From positions 558,001-622,000 of the forward strand of contig NC_043019.1 of assembly GCF_006345805.1 (NCBI RefSeq): a stretch of DNA of 64,000 nucleotides, in the 5' to 3' direction. This DNA is from Octopus sinensis (lineage: Eukaryota). The notes below the pieces were generated by a model, which worked only from the letters and a program-made list of their open reading frames with translations, was not told where the DNA came from and did not search any database. Numbering within the stretch: position 1 is the stretch's first letter; each line of letters opens with the position of its first letter. Made by a program: the position numbers and the translations under genes. Below are positions 39,461 to 51,426 of this stretch, in pieces.

Positions 39461-40128
39461 ACCTTTATCTCTTAAAGACCAAACATGATTAGCGACACAA
39501 TTATCTAATCATATTTGGTCTTTAAGAGATAAAGGTGTCGATTATAACATACATTGGAAGATTTTGGCCAAATGTAAGCCCTATACCAACGGCAGCGGAA
39601 GGTGCGGTCTATGCGACATGGAGAGATGGCTTATCTGGAAAAACAGCTTAGACCCTACTACATATCTAAACTCAAGGACAGAACTTTTCGGATCATGCCC
39701 ATATGTGACTAAATTTCTGTTACGTTTTTGGTCCCCTAAATAAAACAGATAGAACATGCTTTCTATGTTATGTCCCAAGAAGGGTTTTTTTACCTCATCA
39801 TACCTTCTATCATATATTCTTATATATAGTTTATATATATTTTTAAAATATATTTGTTATATATATTTTTTATATATTTTTTATATATTTTTTATGTATT
39901 TTTATACACATTTTTATGGCGAAAAATGCGAGTGAAGATGTGTACGTTTACATAGCGATGTATAAGTACGCAGGCAAACAGAGTTATAACACAGTAATTT
40001 CCCTTTGTATAACGGTATTTTTTCATAGAGTTTTCAAATAGCCAGATAACCGAAGAGATGGCGTTGTGGATTCCCACTTCGGCATCTGAAACTCAGAGTT
40101 TTATCTTGACTATCGAGTAACGTAACAT
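39461..40128 (+). mobile_element. 5'-truncated Naiad-like PLE with a short 5' inversion
   Basis: ATQLSNHIWSLRDKGVDYNIHWKILAKCKPYTNGSGRCGLCDMERWLI..LNSRTELFGSCPY..K* (39492-39743); 39461-39492 inverts 39505-39537; ends in (TA)n. Confidence 0.82.
40044..40106 (+). ncRNA. Minimal type-I hammerhead fold, U4C core
   Basis: AGATAA-CCGAAGA-GATG..GTGG/CCAC..CATC-T-GAAA-CTC(A)GAG-TT-TTATCT. Confidence 0.65.
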
Positions 40129-40130
40129 AT

Positions 40131-40176
<46 letters not shown>

Positions 40177-40207
40177 TATATATATATTATATATATATAT
40201 ATATGCA

Positions 40208-40377
40208 TATATACGACGGGCTTCTTTCAGTTTCCGTCTACCAAATTCACTCACAACGTTTTGGTCGGCCCGAGGCTATAGTAGAAGACACTTGCCCAAG
40301 TTGCCACGCAGTGGGACTGAACCCGGAACCATGTGGTTGGTAAGCAAGCTACTTACCACACAGCCACTTCTGCGCCT
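40208..40377 (-). mobile_element. SINE family A head half
   Basis: Reverse-complement match ending at the TA tract. Confidence 0.9.
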
Positions 40378-40454
40378 GTTTTGTTTAAAACTTTCTAATA
40401 ACTTAGAGAAGAAGGGGAGCAGCTTCGATTCTTGTCCAGTCCCTATGATTTTTA

Positions 40455-41167
40455 GGAAGATGCGTGTATGTTATTAATTGACCAGAAAGTTGCCAATTGA
40501 GCGAACATCGCTAAATAATCTCGCAGGCGATGTGGGGGATATGAAAGCTGATAATGCATTAAATCTGTCACCAAGAAAGGACATTTCTCTCGGTGGCTTT
40601 CCACACAGCTTGCGTCTACTAAACCTTCACTGACAAGCGTCGAGTTGACTAAATCGCACACAGAAAGCACTTACTTAAGCCGCCAGACCACGTAGTTGAT
40701 AAATATTTAATTACATATTCACGCCAGAACGTTTCTGCAATAGAAAATAATGTCTATGCTACCATATTTAAAGTGTCCGGTGCAAGTCAATGATTCTATA
40801 TCAAACTATTGTGCTGTATTTCTAGATATCTTTAATTCCAGATGTTCCTAGACATCATTTCCTATTACATACGCTCTACGCACCATTATATCTCCAGTTC
40901 CTAATTTCCTTCGGAAATAATCTTTTCATCCTCATATCCTGAGACACACAAATCTATCTTTACGCATGAATTATTTTGAACAATATAGTGTGTCAGATAT
41001 TTCTGAAATTACAGCCGATATTCTTTTTGTAGACGCGATAATTACGAATGAGATTTGTCTGTTGATTACTTTATTGATCTGATGGAATAGACACTATGAC
41101 CAGGAATAATATGGAGAGATCCAGTTCAAAAGAAGGTATATAATTTCTTGCAGGTAGGTCGGTAATC
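40455..41167 (-). pseudogene. Large exon-like island, one frame with about 9 stops
   Basis: TTTCTATTAG acceptor; GLPTYLQEIIYLLLNWISPYYSWS*..VLSVCDLVNSTLVSEGLVDASCVESHREKCPFLVTDLMHYQLSYPPHRLRDYL. Confidence 0.4.
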
Positions 41168-41255
41168 CTAATAGAAATAACAACCAAAGCATCACACCAT
41201 GCTAAAAACGGAAGAAAGACAATATTGTTTTAGATAAAAAACAAACAAAAATATA

Positions 41256-41683
41256 TATTTCTTTATTGCCCACAAGGGGCTAAACATAGAGGGGACAGAC
41301 AAGGACAGACAAAGGGATTAAGTCGATTATATCGACCCAGTGCGAAACTGGTAGTTTATTTATCGACCCCGAGAGGATGAAAGGCAAAGGGAAAGGCAAA
41401 GTCGACCCCGGCGGAATTTGAACTCAGAACGTAACGACAAAAGAAATACCTATTTCTTTATTACCCACAAGGGGCTACACACAGAGGGGACAAACAAGGA
41501 CAGACATAGGTATTAAGTCGATTACATCGACCCCAGTGCGTAACTGGTACTTTATTTATCGACCCCGAGAGGATGAAAGGCAAAGTCGACCCCGGCGGAA
41601 ATTGAACTCAGAACGTAACGACAGACGAAATACCGCTAAGTATTTCGTCCGGCGCGCTAACGTTTCTGCCAGCTCGCCGCCTT
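41256..41683 (-). mobile_element. SINE family C array (full plus headless unit)
   Basis: Junction at GAAATACCTATTTC. Confidence 0.92.
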
Positions 41684-41923
41684 TAAACAAACAAAAATAT
41701 AGAAGGTATGCTTACGACAAGAAAGTCATTAATTATTTGTATGCTAATGAGGCCAAATGACAAGAGCAATGGCCACAACTAAACGTTGATCGTAAAGCAT
41801 GTGTCATTCTTTCTAACATGTGATTGATATAGTGTTTGTGGCAGCTGTATCATTTCCATATTTACAAGTTGTACACGCATTGCTTTAAGTCCTTCATGTC
41901 ATTCTTAGTGATAGTCAACTATG

Positions 41924-42345
41924 TAGGCACAGGTGTGGCTGTGTGGTAAGTAGCTTGCTTACCAACCACATGGTTCCGGGTTCAGTCCCACTGCGTGACA
42001 CCTTGGGCAAGTGTCTTCTACTATAGCCTCGGGCCGACCAATGCCTTGTGAGTGGATTTGGTAGACAGAAACTGAAAGAAGCCCGTCGTATATATGTATA
42101 TATATATATATGTGTGTGTGTCTCTATGTTTGTGTGTCTATGTTTGTCCCCCTAGCATTGCTTGACAACCGATGCTGATGTGTTTATGTCCCCGTCACTT
42201 AGCAGTTCGGCAAAAAGAGACCGATAGAATAAGTACTGGGCTTACAAAGAATAAGTCCCGGAGTCGAGTTGCTCGATTAAAGGTGGTGCTCCACCATGGC
42301 CGCAGTCAAATGACTGAAACAAGTAAAAGAGAAAGAGAAAGAGAG
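41924..42345 (+). mobile_element. SINE family A
   Basis: Full length. Confidence 0.93.
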
Positions 42346-42371
42346 AGATATACTATTTTGCTATTTACTAT

Positions 42372-42584
42372 TTTATTGTTTTGCTATTTTACTTGTTTCA
42401 GTCATTTGACTGTGGCTATGCTGGAGCACCGCCTTTAGTCAAGCGAATCGACCCCAGGACTTATTCTTTGTAAGCCTAGTACTTATTCTATCGGTCGCTT
42501 TTGCCGAACTGCTAATTTACGGTGACGTAAACACACCAGCATCGGTTGTCAAGCGATGTTGGGGGGACAAACACAGACACACAA

Positions 42585-42635
<51 letters not shown>

Positions 42636-42830
42636 CACACACATATATATATGTATATATATATACGACGGGTTTCTTTCAGTTTCCGTCTACCAAATCC
42701 ACTCACAAGGATTTGGTCGACCCGAGGCTATAGTAGAAGACACTTGCCCAAGTTGCCACACAGTGGGACTGAACCTGGAACAATGTGGTTGGTAAAGAAG
42801 CTACTTACCACACAGCCACCCCTACGCCTA
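42372..42830 (-). mobile_element. SINE family A
   Basis: Full length, tail-to-tail with the previous copy. Confidence 0.93.
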
Positions 42831-43051
42831 TATATTATATTTCAAGAACAAAAGCTAAAAATGATAGTTAAACACAAAAGAAGATGATATTTTATACTAC
42901 ACAGTAAGAAAAATCAGATGACACCACATTTGGAATGGTTAACTACCAGTTTTGTCCTGAAAGTAGGACGAAAACTCTTTAGTTAGTGATCATTGCTTCG
43001 TCTTTTAGTATTTCAAAAGCTTACTGTTTACATTATGCTAGAGAGGCAATC

Positions 43052-43495
43052 GGGCGAAATGCTTAACAGTATTTCGTCTGCCGCTACCTTCAAATTCCGC
43101 CGAGGTCGACTTTGCCTGTCATCCTTTCGGGGCTGATTAAATTAGTACCATTTACGCACTGGGGTCGATGTAATCGACTTAATCCATTTAGCCCCTTGTG
43201 GGTAGTAAAGCAATAGGTATTTCGCCTGTTGCTATGTTCTGAGTTCAAACTCTGCCAAGGTTGACTTTACCTTTCATCCTTTCGGTGTCGATTGAATTAG
43301 TACCAGTTACGCACTGGGGTAAATGTAATCGACTTAATCCGTTTGACTGTCTTTGTTTGTCCTCTCTGTGTTTACCCCCATGTGGGTAGTAAAGAAATAG
43401 GTATTTCGTCCGCCGCTACGTTCTGAGTTCAAATTCCGCTGAGGTCGACTTTACCTTTCATCCTTTTTCAGGGTCGATAAGGTAAGTACCATTTG
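43052..43495 (+). mobile_element. SINE family C array, three units
   Basis: Restarts at ATAGGTATTTCG near 43213 and 43398. Confidence 0.9.
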
Positions 43496-44399
43496 CATAC
43501 TGGATTCGCTCTAAACGACTGGTCCTCTCCCCCAAACTTTCGGGCTTTGTGCCTAGAATAGAAAATATTGTTCTAGACAAACAATGTATCTGACGATTCT
43601 CAGTGAAGACAGGGCTTGATTTATGAGAAAATTTAGCTGTTCAATCTGAGAGATCGAAGAATCGTGTAGTATCTCTTTATAGCAGTCCTCATTTCTTCAC
43701 TACTTCTTTTTAATCAGAAGGGCTTTAGAGCATCTAATCCGTTATATTTTATAAAAACGTTTCATGCTGGTAGTTGCACGCATTTCCTTTCGTTACTTAT
43801 GTTTGCAGCTGATGACATCCTAGTAGATTACATTGTTGTTATGCAAATGTGATATTCAGGGCTTTACAAAATTCTTTCGGACAACTTTCTCTGTTAAAAC
43901 AATCTTTAATTACTTTTCATATCTTAATCGAATTGCAAATATCTAACACAAAAGGAAATCCTATACGAGCGTGTAATTAATTAATAAGTTGGAGGAAACT
44001 GATGATAACAGCATTGTAAATAACTGAAAGTTTCATCTTCTTCAGAACAAATTGATTATACATTTGGAAAAGAATATTTGTGAATCATAAGGAGTTATCC
44101 CTTCGTTTTTCTGCTAAACCAGTGGTTCTCAATCGTGATCCATATGAGCTCTGAGGGTCCATATAAGGTTTTTAGGGTCCACCTAACAAAGTACATTTTC
44201 TGTCTAGAACACTCAACAGTATTTTAAGGGCCCCTGAATATATTTCTCGTTAGATGTATGTATCGGTATGTATAACAAGAAACAGCTACGGTTCTTTATC
44301 TAACATTTTACATAGTTCAACCTATACAAATTATTGTGTGAAAATACGAATTTTGTAAGAAGTTTCTATAAATCTTGTTTATAAACATTGAATGAATAT

Positions 44400-44950
44400 G
44401 CTGTTCCACCTGAATAAAATAGTATTCAATGTGGCTATGCAGCATATAAGCTATTGGGAAAGACTCAAGAGATTAAGACTCTATTCCTTAGAGCGTAGAC
44501 GAGAAAGATACGTCATAATATACATCTGGAAGATCCTGGAAGGACTTGTCCCAAACTTTGGCATCGAGTGTTACACAATACTAGAACTGGACGCCACTGC
44601 ATAGTGCCAAGGACTCCAAATGTAGGACAAGATACTGCGATAGCCTGGGCTTCAGAGGTCCACAGCGTTTCAATATTTTCCCGAAGGACACGAGACACCT
44701 GCATGGGGTGGATGCAGATGTCTTTAAAATAAAGCTGGACCTTTTCCTGTCAGGTGTCTCAGATGAACCAACTTCACGGCAGGATGTACAGATAAGGGCA
44801 GCTGCATCAAATTCTCTCATGCACCAAATGTCAATTGCTAAAAATCATTCATGAAGTAAAATCATGTAGTAACACTGAATGGCGGTGCCCCAGTATGGCC
44901 ACGGCTCGTGAGCTGAAACTAGATAAAAATGAAAATGAAAATAAAAATAG
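44400..44950 (+). mobile_element. CR1-group LINE 3' fragment
   Basis: SYWERLKRLRLYSLERRRERYVIIYIWKILEGLVPN..FKIKLDLFLSGVSDEP; (ATGAAA)n-like tail. Confidence 0.82.
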
Positions 44951-45365
44951 ATAAAAAAAAAGTTCAGAATCGAAACATGAAATATCAAATGAACACTAGA
45001 CGTCATAGACCTGATGCTATTGATCAGCCTGAGACCTGCATTTAATAAAATATTTTTCAGAAAAATACCCTATTGTGTTATGTATGCGATTATGGACAAA
45101 CGTTGATGGGTGCTCTAATACAAGCACCGATGTATGTCCGATATGAAAGGTAGTAACGAAAAGTAAGATGTATCTAAGAGCATGCCTAATTAATTTTGAT
45201 ACAATTTTTTAACATTTGCTCCATATTTCTGTATATATTGAAAGCATAGCTAATTAAATTCCTCCCTGTTATCAAACCCAGCAAAGGTTACTTCAGATGA
45301 AGGTGAAGGTAGCATTCTTCCTTTACTGAAATTATATATTTATGACATTATAAATATATATATAT

Positions 45366-45708
45366 ATAAATTAGAAAAAAACACCTTTCATCAATTCAAA
45401 ATGAACAATTAAATTACACCATCTAGAAAATTATTTTATTGTTCTAGTTTATTTTTAACCTGATGAGTGACTATATTTATATCGAAGTGATTTCACTACT
45501 GCTATAATCATTTCTTAAATATAGCCACGAAACACGTGTCGTTATTATACCAATTATATACGTTTTTATTATTTTTTTGCAATTTACTTAATCATTGACA
45601 TTTTATCGTTATTTTAACTTTAATATTTCTATTATATGTAATTATCTAGATGGTGTAATTTAATTGTTCATTTTGAATTGATAAAAGGTGTTTTTTTTCT
45701 AATTTTAT
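45366..45708 (+). mobile_element. TA-embedded ~345 bp element with ~60 bp inverted termini and a central hammerhead
   Basis: Arms 45368-45427 and 45645-45706; (TA)n on both sides. Confidence 0.9.
45456..45544 (+). ncRNA. Type-I hammerhead ribozyme, canonical core, GUC site
   Basis: TAAC-CTGATGA-GTGACTATATTTA..TAAATATAGCCAC-GAAA-CACGTG-TC-GTTA; 12/13-bp stem II, palindromic ACACGTGT. Confidence 0.88.
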
Positions 45709-45932
45709 ATATATATATTATATTGTGTGAAATTTGATTTAGTATTTCTAAATTGATTTTTTTTCCTTCTAAGTTTGGATTTTATTCCCTCAAATGATAA
45801 CTATTATATATATTACCTTCAATTAGAATATTCTTGTTAAATTCTTACCGTATATTCGTTTGATTAAGTCTGTTTAGTGTTTTGAAATTGTTAGTTCATT
45901 ACTAATTTTTTTAGTAATAAAAGTAATTGCAA

Positions 45933-46090
45933 ACAGGCGCAGGCGTGGCTGCATGGTAAGAATTTTGTTTCACAGCCACATTGTTCTTGCTTCAGTCCAA
46001 TTACGTGGCATATTGTGCAAATGGCTGCTACGAGAGCTCCGGGCAGATAAACGTTTTCCGAGTATGTGCGGCGGACGAAAACGGAAAGAA
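45933..46090 (+). mobile_element. SINE family A head, degenerate
   Basis: GCGCAGGCGTGGCTGCATGGTAAG. Confidence 0.7.
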
Positions 46091-46100
46091 TTGCTGCCGT

Positions 46101-46146
<46 letters not shown>

Positions 46147-46241
46147 CGCACGCACACACACGCGCGCGCATATAAGCTTTAAGTTTATAAGCGTTCACCG
46201 AGCATTGATTAACGTAAATAATTTAATATTAGAGCATTAAG

Positions 46242-46328
<87 letters not shown>

Positions 46329-46337
46329 TATATATGT

Positions 46338-46608
46338 GTGGAGGCGCAATGGCTCAGTTGTTAGGGCAGCGGACACGCGGTCGTAGGATCGGTTTCGATT
46401 CCCACACCTAGCGTTATGTGTGTTTATTGAGCGAAAACACCTTAAAGCTCCACGAAGCTCCGGCAGGGGGTGGCGATCGTTGCTGTACTCTTTTACCACT
46501 CTTTCTCTCACTCTTTCTTCTGTTGGCCTGCTCGCTTTGCGAGCGGGGTGGCGTCATTCGAAGGTTAAAACAATGCGAACGCATTGTGACCAGCGATGTA
46601 TAGCAACA
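46338..46608 (+). mobile_element. SINE family B variant
   Basis: Head and body match. Confidence 0.85.
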
Positions 46609-47941
46609 TATGATGATATATATACATATATATGGAAAAAAAAAGTCAAGATATAAAATGCTAAATTAATTTTATAAAAAACATTTCAGTACCGGTTTCA
46701 GTCGGGGCGGAATGGTAAGAGGTCTAAGCTCCTTGATTTGAAATTTGAATTTATTTTTTGGTAAGAGCTCAGTGCCTCATCTTGTAAGGACGATTGCGTC
46801 CATTCTTTGAACTTGGTAAGAGGTTCAATACCTCATTTTGTGTTGTTGAGAAAAAGAGAACAATGTTTCCTGGAAGTAGGAATGGGCGGCCGTTGTCTGC
46901 TTCCCCACCAACCATATTTTAATCTTTTTCATTCTATTATTATTTGTGTCTTTGACCAGCCTGCAACTACATCTTTGTAAGTCAGTATGGCCAATTTACG
47001 AAATAAAGTAGCTTACTTACCAACTGGGTTCCGGGTTCAGTGCAACTGCTTGGCACCTTGGGCAAGTGGCACCTCGGGCCGGCCAAAACCTTGTGAGTGG
47101 ATTTGGTAGGCAACAACAATTTCAACACTAACCGTGAGGCAAGAGTTACACTAAAGAATTAATCACACGTAACAAAACTGCAAGCGTTTCGCCCGGCGTG
47201 CTAACGTTCGTGCCAACTCGCAGCATTTTGAGACTTAGTATTATTCCCGTGAAGTTGTTATGATTCCAATTAATATTTAATTGCATACAATTTTCGATTT
47301 ATTTCTAAATTCGAATTATTTCGAAACTCGTTGCTTTCCTGGCGGTTAAGAGGAGAGATTCTGAATTGAAATTTTTTGGCCATTCAAAATGTTTCATTTT
47401 TATAACATGTATTCTGTTATAATACAAAGAGTCTTTGAAAGAATTAGAAACTTTTAACAGATTGATTTTCATTTTCAAAAAGTACATGTTTCTGTCACAT
47501 GCTTTCTAATTGGTAAATTATTGAAATTTAGATTTTCCCAGCGGAGGCTTTAATAATCGTTATAATTATTTTACTAAAAGCTTTCATTTTTCAAATTTTT
47601 TGTTTCATACTCTGCAGTCTTAGTATATTCGATGGGGCTGTCATAAATATTTCGCTGTTTACCTTTTTTTTTTTTTTTTCTAGTTTCCGCTCAGAGCTGC
47701 GGCCATGCTGATCTTAATTAAGTCGAAATATATTTTTATGGTAGTGTTTATGTTTTTTTCTTTTCTCTCTCTCCCTATGAATTTTGGTTCCCACAAATTT
47801 AAATAAATTTTACCATTCTTCAGACATATGACAATAAGATGCGAAAGAGAAAACTCTACATCATTTATTTAGATAACATTTTCATAAACTACTTTTCAAG
47901 CCAAAATTGTTATAACTGCTTCTACTAAAAGGACCCAATAC

Positions 47942-48111
47942 CTTTGGAATGCATCTCGTATATGTTGCGTAGCATTTTAAACCCCAAAACATTCTCTTTA
48001 GAAGTTTGCTCTCGTCCTCGTGTATTTATGTTTCTTCGTTGTCACTTTATGCTGCTGAAAACTTATCGCTTCACTGCGAGCTATTTTGCTTTACTCGTAT
48101 TTGATCATTTG
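47942..48111 (-). pseudogene. Exon-like segment with 3 in-frame stops
   Basis: TTTTATTCAG|CA plus 56 codons|GTATTG; ..HEDESKLLKRMFWGLKCYATYTRCIPK. Confidence 0.4.
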
Positions 48112-48929
48112 CTGAATAAAATATGCTCGAACAAAGTATATTTTCAATGAAAAGGAGTGGAAAATGTAGAAAATCCAAGTAGATTCTTGACTTTGCATGA
48201 AATGATAGCTCGTAAAATTATTCCTTCTTACGTTCATTTCATAAAGTTTATATTAGTATTTAAAAAACATATATTTTTCTATAAGCATTTAATCTAACAA
48301 AATGAATACACACGATTTTCTTATACGAAGAGACTATTAGAATTAGAATTATTTTCAATGTAGTGAATAAATATTAATATAATAGAAATCGATCTTGGTA
48401 TCATATAAATATATGACAACAATTATCTTTCTTGATATTAGATTTCATTATTTTTATATCTCTGAATAAAATGTGCTTCAAAAAAGTGCTTAAGCAATAT
48501 GGAGGAATTGATGCATTGTGATATGAATGTACATATGGCTTGCATATGGTCGTATAATGAAACGGATACTGTTTTAAAATTGATATATCATACATAATAG
48601 ACTATATTAAAAATTAAGATATCTAGAAACATTTAATTCACCAAACTGAATATTGATTATTTCCTTATAAAATTAATTGAACATTTTGAAATATTGTGGA
48701 CTATGATGAATGAATTATACTTCATAAGTAATCGTTGTCATTGCGGAGGAAGAAAGCGAAATTCCCTCTTATTCCATTAAACATATATGAATACACATGT
48801 TTAAAACGTTCTGTATAGTTGCATTTAATAGAGCCAGACTTCTCTTTTCGTCATTGGGATTTATCATTTCTTCTGACAGTAACTTGCTTCAATTTCTAGC
48901 AGAGGGGTGTTCACCTTAATGATTATGTA

Positions 48930-49315
48930 CTCGCTTACGAACCACATGATTCCGGGTTCGGTCCCACTGCGTGGCATCCTGGGCGAGCATCTTCTACTAT
49001 AGCCACGGGTCGACCAAAGCCTTGTGAGTGGATTTAGTAGACGGAAACTGAAAGAAGCCTGTCGTATATATGTATATATGTTTGTGTGTATATGTTGGTA
49101 TGTCTATGTTTGACCCCTCAACATCGCTTGACAACCGATGCTAGTGTGTTTATGTCCCCGTAACTTAGCGGTTCGGCAAAACAGAGCGATAGAATAAGTA
49201 CTGGGCTTACAAAGAATAAGTCCTGGGGTCGATTTGCTCGACTGAAGGCGGTGCTCCAGCATGGCCACAGTCAAATTACTGAAACAAGTAAAAGAGTAAA
49301 AGAGAGTAAAAGAGT
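48930..49315 (+). mobile_element. SINE family A
   Basis: Body and tail match. Confidence 0.9.
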
Positions 49316-49599
49316 ATGTTAGTAATATTTCTGGGACGCAAAAGGAATATTTTTAGAGTTGTTTTCTCCAAAATATTAACGTAATGTTTCAAGATAAACA
49401 AACAGGTAATTCATATGTCGTGGTGGATAATTTTTATTCACAGTAATATATATTTTCATGACTATTATTTTAGAAAATCCACAGTAACTTTATATCTATA
49501 TATATACTTATGTGGAAAATGTGATGGCGCGTAGCGTAGTGGTTAGTAGTATAGTATTCAAGATTTCATTGAGAAAAAACCCTTCACCTCGATTTTTTC

Positions 49600-50099
49600 T
49601 GCGATCACTTGGACTTTCGACTTGCCGTATACCGTGCACCTAGTCAGCAACGTCCATTTCATGGAGAGGGTGAACTAATATAGAGAACAAACATTTGAGC
49701 ACAAAAGACAAATCTTCTGTGCATGTTATTCAGCCAGAAGTTACAGAACCGTCTTTGTTCGACTTCAGAGATTACCTATTTCTTTACTACCCACAAGGGG
49801 CTAAACTCAGAGAGGACAAACAAGGGCAGACAAACGGATTAAGTCGAGTATATCGACCCCAGTGCGTAACTGGTACTTATTTAATCGACCCCGAAAGTAT
49901 GAAAGGCAAAGTCACCCTCGGCGGAATTTGAACTCAGAACGTAGCGGCAGACGAAATACTGCTATGCATTTCGCCCGCCGTGCTAACGTTTTTGCCCGCT
50001 CGCCGCCTTGACTTCAGAGGTTACCATTAAGTGGAAAATTATAAAGTTACTTTCCAAATAGAATTTACTTTGTTAATGACTCAAAACTGGTTTAGCTAC
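49600..50099 (-). pseudogene. Exon-like segment interrupted by SINE C
   Basis: TTCTATTTATTCTTCAG acceptor; frame continues across the GACTTCAGAG duplication (..LMVTSEV|EQRRFCNFWLNNMHRRF..). Confidence 0.4.
49773..50009 (-). mobile_element. SINE family C
   Basis: Full match; TSD GACTTCAGAG. Confidence 0.93.
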
Positions 50100-51051
50100 C
50101 TGAAGAATAAATAGAAGTGTTATAAGGTAGTACACTCCATAAATGAAAATTAGTTTTGCAGTTGAAGAATCTCTTCTACAAACTTCAAAGTTTCCTAAAT
50201 GTGTCACACATTTTTGGCGTCGCTCTTTCATCTTGCAGACTCACCCCGACGAATGAAAAGACTTTATTCAAAAATATAACACCGCATTTTTCTTTACGTT
50301 ACACGTGTTAATTCAATCAACAAACTCAATACATTCCCTATTTTATATTTATTTCTGCAAGCGTAAAAGCGTCGAACGTAACGTAATGTATCGTAAACCC
50401 CACACTGCTTAATGTTTCACATTTATTTATTGTACCGATGCGAAAAATGTGTCAATAAAGGGTGGTGGACCGTTGAAATTCAACGAAAAAGGGACCATAT
50501 ACTCATGTTAGGTCGCTTGCCTTGTGAGTTCCCATCTGCCATAACATAATTCTATGCCAGATCTAGCACAGCCAGTTCTCGTCTTGGATACCAGGTGATG
50601 ACATTATGATGATAACACCCCTGAACACTAAAGAGTAAAAATTTATTAAGTTACTTCAATATCATCTTGATCTGAATACATGACAGGCAGACAGACGGAG
50701 AGAGAAACGTGTCTCTTAGTATAATATGGATTAGGTAAAAATATGACGTTTCTTGTTTAATGAAGAAATCCATGCTAACACACACTTTAACCTACAGTCT
50801 TAAAACTATGTGTTAGCATTATTTTAAATCTGTTTTTGTCTTTTTCATTCTATTTTTTAATTCCAAATTTCTTCTTTGCTTCACTCCTGATATAGCTGGA
50901 AAATATAATAATAGTGATATTTATGTACCAAACTCATTTTGCCCCGTAGCATCATTTCTAAACATAATATATAGCAGATCTAGTATCGGTTTTCTTTCTA
51001 TGATTGACGAAACGATTTTGATAATTCAACGAATCCCGTGATCCTACTTAA

Positions 51052-51190
51052 CATTATCATCATCATCATTGTTCGACCGTGGTCGAGACAACGGAATTTA
51101 CCGTGTTACGCCAGATTTCACGGTCCATCATAGCATTACGGTGGTCCTGTTGCTGGATGCCTTTATCCCTGGAGATTACATCATGGTAGG
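51052..51190 (-). mobile_element. RTE LINE extreme 3' fragment
   Basis: Homologous to 26497-26640. Confidence 0.85.
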
Positions 51191-51426
51191 AGAGTTTTAA
51201 CTTTATGGTTTTCAATACAAAATCACTATAATATTTTCCCAACTTTTAGAGTTAATAGTACCGTTTCAAGTGAAAAATATATAACACTATATGTAGATTT
51301 CTAACTTAAGCAATGAGTCTTCAGGACATAACGGAACTAATTAAAGAACATGAGTAAATTTATTTCAGTGACAGATTCGAGCGAGTAATACAGACATATT
51401 CTGTGAATCATATGATAGCACTATAA

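Noticed and set aside
39743-40044. SECIS element in the Naiad-like 3' UTR
   Set aside because: No AUGA/AA/GA kink-turn pattern was found by eye, and the fragment has no in-frame UGA
42512-42887. Recurrent peptides such as [18 protein letters not shown] in many ORFs
   Set aside because: They are antisense translations of SINE A, not a protein family
44121-44180. hAT-like CAGTGGTTCTCAA terminus
   Set aside because: No matching opposite end or TSD was found
46714-46840. Three spaced TGGTAAGAG motifs
   Set aside because: Irregular spacing and short length; not distinguishable from a decayed local duplication
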